DNA of 64,000 nucleotides from an uncultured Gammaproteobacteria bacterium (GTDB lineage: Bacteria; Patescibacteriota; Microgenomatia; Levybacterales; GWA1-39-11), in NCBI GenBank assembly GCA_964627245.1, contig CAZVGS010000002.1, positions 26,923 to 90,922 of the forward strand, given 5' to 3'. The translations under genes and the position numbers were made by a program. Within the stretch, counting starts at the first letter, position 1, and every line of letters starts with the position of its first letter. The notes below the pieces were generated by a model. It worked only from the letters and a program-made list of their open reading frames with translations, was not told where the DNA came from and searched no databases. This document shows, one piece after another, positions 57,793 to 64,000 of this stretch.

Positions 57793-58326
57793 TTATTTTC
57801 TGTTGCTAAAAAGTTCATACGAGACCATTTCGACAAGCGGTCTGCGGTCTGACTCCTGATGAATTTTTTGCGTTTCTGCCTGGTACCCAAGTGCAAGACT
57901 ACCAAGAAGAATGTGATCGTCTGGGATGTTGAGCATTTTTTTTGTAGTTTTATCATCCAGCGTTACCCAACACCCACCAAGTCCCAAATCCCACGCAGCC
58001 AACCACATATTTTCGATGGCACAAGCTCCGCTAAGCACATGTTGTTCATGTTCGGATAACCACTCGTCAACTTTAGCATTTTTATCAACAGTCACAACAA
58101 TCACTATGTTTGCCTTTGTAAGAAAAGAGCCATGATGAGCATGTGGCATGAGTCTATCTATTGTTTCCTTATTTTTAATGACAATAAATGTCCACGGGTG
58201 GGAATTGAGAGGGCTTGGCGCCCATCGGCCACAGTCCAAGATCTGCTGAAGAATATCATCAGGAATATCTTGGGTAGTCCAGTTACGAGTTGCCCTTCTT
58301 GTTTTTATGGCATCAAGTGTATTCAT
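57793..58326 (-). CDS. nitroreductase family protein
   Basis: IKTRRATRNWT and PSPLNSHPW, typical of NAD(P)H nitroreductases. Confidence 0.75.
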   Translation of the reverse strand: MNTLDAIKTRRATRNWTTQDIPDDILQQILDCGRWAPSPLNSHPWTFIVIKNKETIDRLMPHAHHGSFLTKANIVIVVTVDKNAKVDEWLSEHEQHVLSGACAIENMWLAAWDLGLGGCWVTLDDKTTKKMLNIPDDHILLGSLALGYQAETQKIHQESDRRPLVEMVSYELFSNRK

Positions 58327-58570
58327 GGTTTGATAATATCATGCGACTTGGTCCTATTTCCAGAAGCTCAGAAACCTCCCCACTTCCTTCACGGTCCACT
58401 CCGGATATTCCAGCTCGCTGATCCAATCAATTCGTCCGAATTCATACCATTTCTCGAGCAAAATAAGCTAAAAATTACTTACCACTGCGCCAACTCTCTC
58501 TTTTTTCGTTTTTTTCCCTGAAAGAAAATTGTCACTTCTTTTGTATTAATAGTAGAAAGGAGGTGAAAAT

Positions 58571-58948
58571 ATGAAAAAATCAATATTAGCAATATCCGTA
58601 CTGGCATTAGGAGCGGGAGTATTGTTTGCTACGATACCAAGCGCCGATGCTTTCAGGGGTGATCCGAATACTACCGGCCCCAACTATACACACGAAAGGC
58701 ACGAGGCAATGGAAAAATCATTCGAGAACAAAGACTACAATGCTTGGAAAAAACTCGTGCAGGGAAAAGGTAGAGTTACCCAAGTAGTCAATGAAAAAAA
58801 CTTTAGCCGTTTTGCCGAAATGCACGAGCTTAGAGAGGAAGGCAAAATTGATGAAGCCAATAAAATAAGAGCCGAACTGGGGCTTGGGCTCCACAAAGGC
58901 AAAGGTGCCGGTCAAAAAATGGGAATGGGTCAATACCAAAATAAATAA
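58571..58948 (+). CDS. small secreted protein (YckD/DUF2680-like)
   Basis: Signal peptide, then ERHEAMEKSFENKDYNAWKK, resembling the YckD family. Confidence 0.4.
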   Translation: MKKSILAISVLALGAGVLFATIPSADAFRGDPNTTGPNYTHERHEAMEKSFENKDYNAWKKLVQGKGRVTQVVNEKNFSRFAEMHELREEGKIDEANKIRAELGLGLHKGKGAGQKMGMGQYQNK

Positions 58949-58960
58949 TTACCCTCTCCA

Positions 58961-58998
58961 TATACCAAGACCCCGACTTAAGATCGGGGTTTTGGTAT
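58961..58998 (+). terminator. rho-independent terminator hairpin
   Basis: tataccaa-ga-ccccga cttaaga tcgggg-tt-ttggtata followed by a T-run, directly after the 58571-58948 gene. Confidence 0.6.
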
Positions 58999-59033
58999 AT
59001 AAAAACTCTGTTAAAAGAAAATATGAGATTTAA

Positions 59034-59588
59034 TTGTATTACAATTGCGGTATGATGAATTCAAATCTTACAGATGAAAAATTGGTTGAACTGATTCGTA
59101 GCAAAGATAAAGAGCGGTATGCTGAAATTATCAATAGATATCAGGATAAGCTTATGAGATACACACGATATTTGATAAACGACAAAAATAAATCAGATGA
59201 TGTAGTCCAAAATACCTTCATCAAAGCCTACATTAATCTTTATGGGTTTGATACAAAAAAAAAGTTTTCAAGCTGGATTTATCGCATTGCCCATAATGAA
59301 GCCATTAATGAAGCGAAAAAGCATCACAAAGAACTACCTATGGATCACGACTTTGATGCGCCATCAAAAGAATCAATTGAAGAGGAGTTCGACAGAAAAG
59401 AAATTAATAAACAAGCACACAGCTGCTTGAGGCAGATGCCAACCATGTATTCCGAGCCGTTAGCTCTTTACTATTTGGATGAGAAGTCATATGAGGAAAT
59501 CAGTGATATTCTAAGAATACCAATGGGAACAGTCGCAACAAGAATTAATAGGGCAAAAATTTTAATGAAGAAAATATGTCAAAAATAA
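59034..59588 (+). CDS. ECF-type RNA polymerase sigma-70 factor
   Basis: Region 2 (DVVQNTFIKAYINLYGFD..SWIYRIAHNEAIN) and region 4 (YEEISDILRIPMGTVATRINRAK). Confidence 0.75.
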   Translation: MYYNCGMMNSNLTDEKLVELIRSKDKERYAEIINRYQDKLMRYTRYLINDKNKSDDVVQNTFIKAYINLYGFDTKKKFSSWIYRIAHNEAINEAKKHHKELPMDHDFDAPSKESIEEEFDRKEINKQAHSCLRQMPTMYSEPLALYYLDEKSYEEISDILRIPMGTVATRINRAKILMKKICQK

Positions 59589-60139
59589 ACTTAAAACTTA
59601 AAAATCAACAACTCAATAAGGGTCACTCCAAAATTAATTTGGAAGAAATTGTAATGAACAAAATAAAATCAGGTCAGGCGAAAATGAAACCCAAATGGTA
59701 TTTTGCAGCTGGTTCTCTGTTAATGATTATGGGTTTGGTCAGCTTAACGCTTTCTGCAATATTTTTATTTAACTTAACAGTATTTTTAGTAAGAAAGCAT
59801 GGACCGGGATATGGAAGACTAGAAATAATGCTCAACACCTTTCCTTATTGGATACCAATATTAGCTGTTTTGGGGGCGGTCTTGGGAATTTTGCTTCTAA
59901 AAAAGTATGATTTTTCCTATAATAAGAACTTTCCTCTTATATTAATGGTCTTTTTATCTTCAATAATCATTGCGGCACTTTCAATCGACTATCTAGGTCT
60001 TAATGACGTTTGGTCAAGACGCGGTCCGATGAAAAGATTTTATCAACACTTTGAAAATCAAAAACACCATTTTTTTGAAAGACGCAACAATATACAATAC
60101 AACCGCACGGAGACTATATTTCCGCAAATACGATTCTGA
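59576..60139 (+). CDS. membrane protein, putative anti-sigma factor partner of the ECF sigma
   Basis: Overlaps the end of the sigma gene and has 3 to 4 TM helices. Assigned by position only. Confidence 0.35.
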   Translation: MSKINLKLKNQQLNKGHSKINLEEIVMNKIKSGQAKMKPKWYFAAGSLLMIMGLVSLTLSAIFLFNLTVFLVRKHGPGYGRLEIMLNTFPYWIPILAVLGAVLGILLLKKYDFSYNKNFPLILMVFLSSIIIAALSIDYLGLNDVWSRRGPMKRFYQHFENQKHHFFERRNNIQYNRTETIFPQIRF

Positions 60140-60208
60140 ATAGTAAAAAGCTAATAAATTTGGCCAATTAATATTTGTGCGCATTTTTTTAGTTTGCTAA
60201 AATAACTT

Positions 60209-60373
60209 TATGCCAAGCACATTTATCTTATTAATGCTTTGTACATTGTCTATCGTGATAATTACAATAGGATTTTATAAAAAGATACTTTTGCTCAAAG
60301 TTGTGGGAACTTTCTTGTTTTTTCTTGCGCTTGTAACAACATTTTTGCTTATTGTCTCTTTGAGAAATACATA
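60209..60373 (+). CDS. small hydrophobic protein (54 aa), hypothetical
   Basis: Clean ATG..TAG ORF encoding two TM-like helices. Not in the track because it is under 60 aa. Alternative to the minus-strand ORFs at 60231-60549. Confidence 0.3.
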
Positions 60374-60702
60374 GTATTGAAGCTCTTAGTATCAACAGCA
60401 GAAGTGTAAAAATAAATCCAGTTGAAAAAGAAGGATATTCCGAGATCGAAGGGAAGTGTTCCAAAAAAGATTCCAACCAAACAACTACAAAACGTGCTTG
60501 TTATTATGAATGGTAGATTTAAAAAAATCATGCAATATGGGAAATGCACTTAGAAGGAACCCGCTTTCAACCTCTCAAATTCGTGAGATAACAAAAATAT
60601 AAATAATTAGTGCCAACACGCAGCACCTCTTTATTGTGTAATTGGCATATGCAAATACTTAATTCTCCTTGTCTCAAATATCAAAAAGTGTTATAAAAAA
60701 CT

Positions 60703-61194
60703 ATGCCTAACAAAGAAAAAAAGGAAAACATTTCTATCTTCACAAAACTGCGTTACAACAAGAAATTCCGCTTGTGGTTAATTGGAATACTTCTTATCAT
60801 AGTTGCGATTTTATTTATTTTCTTCGAAAAGTTGAGAATCTTCTTTGCGATTGCATTAATTGCACTCCTAACAGCTTTTGGGCTTGAAATCTTCGAAAAT
60901 GACTGGGATATCCAAAAATTGTGGGAAACCAAATCATTTGAAGAATCAAAGGTTGGAAGAGATGAAAAAGGAAATATCATGCTTGATGAAACAGGAAAAA
61001 TACTCTTTGATAAGTTGGGAAACGTAACCACTGACAAAACAGAGGGGAGAGGAGCAAATGAATATAATTGCGACGACTTTTCTACTAAACTTGAGGCACA
61101 AACATTTTTTGAAAAAGTCGGAGGAACTGGAAACGATGTTAACAGGCTTGATGGAGATAAAGACGGAGAGGCATGCGAGAGCCTCCCAAAATAA
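60703..61194 (+). CDS. membrane protein with C-terminal Excalibur calcium-binding domain
   Basis: Two N-terminal TM helices and a C-terminal NCDDF..DxDxDGxxCE (Excalibur) motif. Confidence 0.6.
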   Translation: MPNKEKKENISIFTKLRYNKKFRLWLIGILLIIVAILFIFFEKLRIFFAIALIALLTAFGLEIFENDWDIQKLWETKSFEESKVGRDEKGNIMLDETGKILFDKLGNVTTDKTEGRGANEYNCDDFSTKLEAQTFFEKVGGTGNDVNRLDGDKDGEACESLPK

Positions 61195-61269
61195 AACCCT
61201 GCGCTCTCCCTGAGTTTTCCAAAACACCAAATCCTTGCAATTCTTCTTTTTTGAGGTAAAATTGTATTT

Positions 61270-61416
61270 ATGGCAAAAAGAGATACGGGAGTCGGCAAAA
61301 GAAAAAAGGTCAGATCCCCCAAAACAGCAAAAAGACTTACTGCAAAAGCAGAGATGCTTGATGCTTTGGCAAAAAAGAGAGGCTACAAGGGTAAAAGAAA
61401 ACCTAAGGACCAATAA
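61270..61416 (+). CDS. small highly basic protein (48 aa), hypothetical
   Basis: MAKRDTGVGKRKKVRSPKTAKRLTAKAEMLDALAKKRGYKGKRKPKDQ. Nucleic-acid-binding-like composition. A different frame from the 61235-61459 track ORF. Confidence 0.3.
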   Translation: MAKRDTGVGKRKKVRSPKTAKRLTAKAEMLDALAKKRGYKGKRKPKDQ

Positions 61417-61738
61417 AGCACTCACAATTTTTAAGCTTCAATATTTCCCTTTGTTCTGAAATCGTATTCACAAATTTATCCTGTGATTTTCTTCCGATAG
61501 CAAGCTTCTTATCAAGAGGGGAGGCGTGATTGTACCCCCTCCTTTTCATTTCCTTAACCTCAGCCTCGTGCCTTTCGTGTAACGCCCCAAGATGCCCCAC
61601 CCATCTTTTTGTCTCGGGATGATTAATATATCCTTTCTTATTTTGAGTTAGTATCGTCCAGATAGCATGAAGCTCGCGGTGTTCTCCTAGAAGATGCACT
61701 CTACAAAGCTTGTTTGGCGATATATCCCAAACTCTCAT
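61403..61738 (-). CDS. pyrimidine dimer DNA glycosylase (T4 endonuclease V-like)
   Basis: CRVHLLGEHRELHAIW and GHLGALHERHEAE motifs. Start trimmed to the internal Met; the longer ORF N-terminus is low-complexity hydrophobic. Confidence 0.6.
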   Translation of the reverse strand: MRVWDISPNKLCRVHLLGEHRELHAIWTILTQNKKGYINHPETKRWVGHLGALHERHEAEVKEMKRRGYNHASPLDKKLAIGRKSQDKFVNTISEQREILKLKNCECFIGP

Positions 61739-62099
61739 GCTTGTATTATAGCCGGTATTTAAGGAGAAGCGTAGATACATGAGACACATAAAGATACTTA
61801 CCCCCGATGAAATAAACAATAAAGAAAACGCGGAGCCTCCTAAACCCATAAAGTAATATTGTTCATGGATGGTTTCAGGTAGCAAGAGGAAAAAGCATAG
61901 CCCCTGATCTTGAAGAGGGTATCTTTGCATGAAAGAATCTAAAGAAAATTGTGTTTTCCCTTAAGAAATCCGCGGTGATAGTGATAGGCGAAAAATAAAT
62001 CCATTTCGGTCAACCATGAGTAGGCTAAATTTTTACATAAACCGTGCAATAAAGATACTTAATCCCAAGCAAAAAAATTCTCGAAAAGGTAAAAACGAG

Positions 62100-62465
62100 T
62101 TAAGAATCGTTTTTGGAAAAGCGAAAAGTTATTTTTTTTGATGAAAGGATTAGTAGAATCCCCGCAATAAAAGGCGGTAAAAATAAGAACAACTCAACCA
62201 AAAGGACTGTTGCAACCTGAAACTTTGCGTCAAGTGCATAAAGCATACCCATTACAATGCTTGCCATTACCATCACAAGTCCTCCAATAAAAGGCTTTTT
62301 CCAAGCAACAAATGCCAAAACAAGAACTGGCAAAATTTGGATAAAATGTGAAATCCCGCTCAAATCTCCCGCGAATACTTCACCAAATAAAAATAGAGAC
62401 AAAAAACCTATGGGCAATAAAAGAATTGCCATTCCTAATTTTTTCATGAGTATTTTTGACATCAA
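62100..62465 (-). CDS. hypothetical membrane protein
   Basis: 121 aa with 4 TM helices. Confidence 0.4.
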   Translation of the reverse strand: MMSKILMKKLGMAILLLPIGFLSLFLFGEVFAGDLSGISHFIQILPVLVLAFVAWKKPFIGGLVMVMASIVMGMLYALDAKFQVATVLLVELFLFLPPFIAGILLILSSKKITFRFSKNDS

Positions 62466-63108
62466 TTATATAATACCACCAAAGCCTAATAGTGGTGCAT
62501 TGCATTATTTGCATTTTTTTGAGCTGCTGATACAAACCATTCGCAGTAGCGTTGCATTAGTTCCTAGAATACCGTCTTATTCAAACTCCTACATATTTCG
62601 TGTATAATATATCCACAAGGTGAAATCTTAAGAGCTAATACCCTTGAACCACTTCACCAAACACCGCACGGGCGGATTTTTTTTGGGTTTATGAACGACA
62701 AACAACTATTAATGTGGGTTGCTATTTCCATGCTTATGATGGCATTTATGGTGATGCTTTTTGTTGCCGCGATTATAGCTCTTCGCGCCTTCTAATTTTG
62801 ACCTTAGTCTCATTTTAATATAATGTTTTTATGGTTAAGAAAACGTAAACTTTTCAGATAAACAGAGAATAGCTTTTAAGAAAAGTACAAGAAGTTATTC
62901 ACGAAGGAAATTTAAAACAAAAAATAATTTAAGACAAAAAAAGGCAATAACCCTGTCAAATTTCTTCTGAAAATTTGCGCTATGAGAAGAGGAGTGGTGG
63001 TGCACATATCCTGATAGCATCTGGGAGCAATTGCGGCGCTTGTTACCGAATGCACTATAACCGTAGAACGCGAAGCTTGACCCAAGGCCTACTTGTTATA
63101 ATAAATCC

Positions 63109-63414
63109 ATGACAAAAAACCCCATTCTTAACGCGCTTGCGGCTTTTGCTTATATATTTAGCGTTTCATCATTCATTTTCTTTGGACAAAGAATTGAAGA
63201 TGACAATATCGGCATTCTTGCACCAGTGATGGCACTTTCACTATTTACATTGTCAGCAGCTGCCATGGGATACATTTTTCTTTCCCAACCTCTTCAGATG
63301 ATCACTGAAGGCAAGAAAAAGCAGGGTGTAAATTTATTCCTAACAACCCTTGGAATATTTGGGGGCATAACTATAGTAATTTTGCTCATCTTTTCTTTCC
63401 AAATTCATGGCTAA
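63109..63414 (+). CDS. hypothetical membrane protein
   Basis: 101 aa with 3 TM helices. Confidence 0.4.
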   Translation: MTKNPILNALAAFAYIFSVSSFIFFGQRIEDDNIGILAPVMALSLFTLSAAAMGYIFLSQPLQMITEGKKKQGVNLFLTTLGIFGGITIVILLIFSFQIHG

Positions 63415-63431
63415 CCCATTTGATCTAACTC

Positions 63432-63785
63432 ATGAAGATAGAAAAGTTTGACAATGTTGATGACTATATAAATTCTTTTTCGCAAGATAAGAAAAAAGTT
63501 CTTTTGGGGTTTCGCAAAAAGATAAGAAAGCTTGTCCCAGGTGCAAATGAGTCAATGAGCTACGGCATGCCCGGTTACAAACTGAACGGAAAACCCTTGG
63601 TCTATTTTGCGGCCTTCAAAAATCATATTGGTTTTTTCCCAACACCTTCAGAGATAGATGTTCTCGAAAAGGAAGAGGAGAGATACAAAACAGGCAAAGG
63701 CACGATGCGATTTGCGCTAGACAAACCCATCCCTTGGGATTTAATTGAAAAAATAGTAAAGTCTAGAATTAAAGAAGTAAGCTAG
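63432..63785 (+). CDS. DUF1801 (YdhG/YdeI-like) protein
   Basis: MKIEKFDNVDDYI ... MPGYKLNGKPLVYFAAFKNHIGFFP pattern typical of DUF1801. Confidence 0.6.
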   Translation: MKIEKFDNVDDYINSFSQDKKKVLLGFRKKIRKLVPGANESMSYGMPGYKLNGKPLVYFAAFKNHIGFFPTPSEIDVLEKEEERYKTGKGTMRFALDKPIPWDLIEKIVKSRIKEVS

Positions 63786-64000
63786 CCTTTTACACCAACG
63801 CTCACAAGCCTCTTGCTTGCAGTAATTAACATTGACCCAACAACACCCAAAAAAACCAAACCAATTATGCATGATGAAACTAAATGCGCAGGACTGAGAA
63901 TAACCAGATATCCGCCTGTTAAAAATGTTGTAATTATTAAACTATATGAAAAATAGAGTTTTGTTTTTGTTGGTTTTATTAACGTAATACCGGAAAAACC

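Noticed and set aside
61739-61930. N-terminal 64 aa of track ORF 61403..61930
   Set aside because: The pyrimidine-dimer glycosylase homology begins at the internal Met, and the upstream part is hydrophobic low-complexity. Probably an ORF-track extension.

Overview
AT-rich, gene-dense bacterial chromosome segment. The gene content (giant repeat-rich surface protein, a DUF4012-like protein, two class A PBPs, minimal metabolism, several odd tRNAs) suggests a small-genome Patescibacteria/CPR-like organism; this is an inference, not a database result. Housekeeping genes include glmS, valS, rplY (L25), rpmH-rnpA-yidC-jag, gap, rpiB, rpe, dnaG-rpoD, comM, xerC/D-like and NUDIX. Two mobile/accessory islands sit next to tRNA genes. 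Island 1 (about 7.0-12.8 kb) carries a ParB-MTase fusion, a second MTase, terminase small and large subunits and a large serine recombinase, and abuts tRNA-Ser(GGA). Island 2 (about 47.3-55.3 kb) starts at a tRNA-Asn(GUU) gene interrupted by a ~216-nt group I intron. It continues with a large serine recombinase, a SpoVG-like protein, uncharacterised proteins including one with an Rx4H (HEPN-like) motif, and a C-R-M type II restriction-modification operon. Other notable items: a second sigma-70 region-4-only protein right after rpoD; a GC-rich ~1 kb insert encoding a secreted PT-repeat protein with perfect 84-bp tandem repeats; a tRNA-like minihelix with encoded CCA near the window start; and several tRNAs (2x CAU, Ser-CGA, Arg-GCG). 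No CRISPR array or rRNA was seen.
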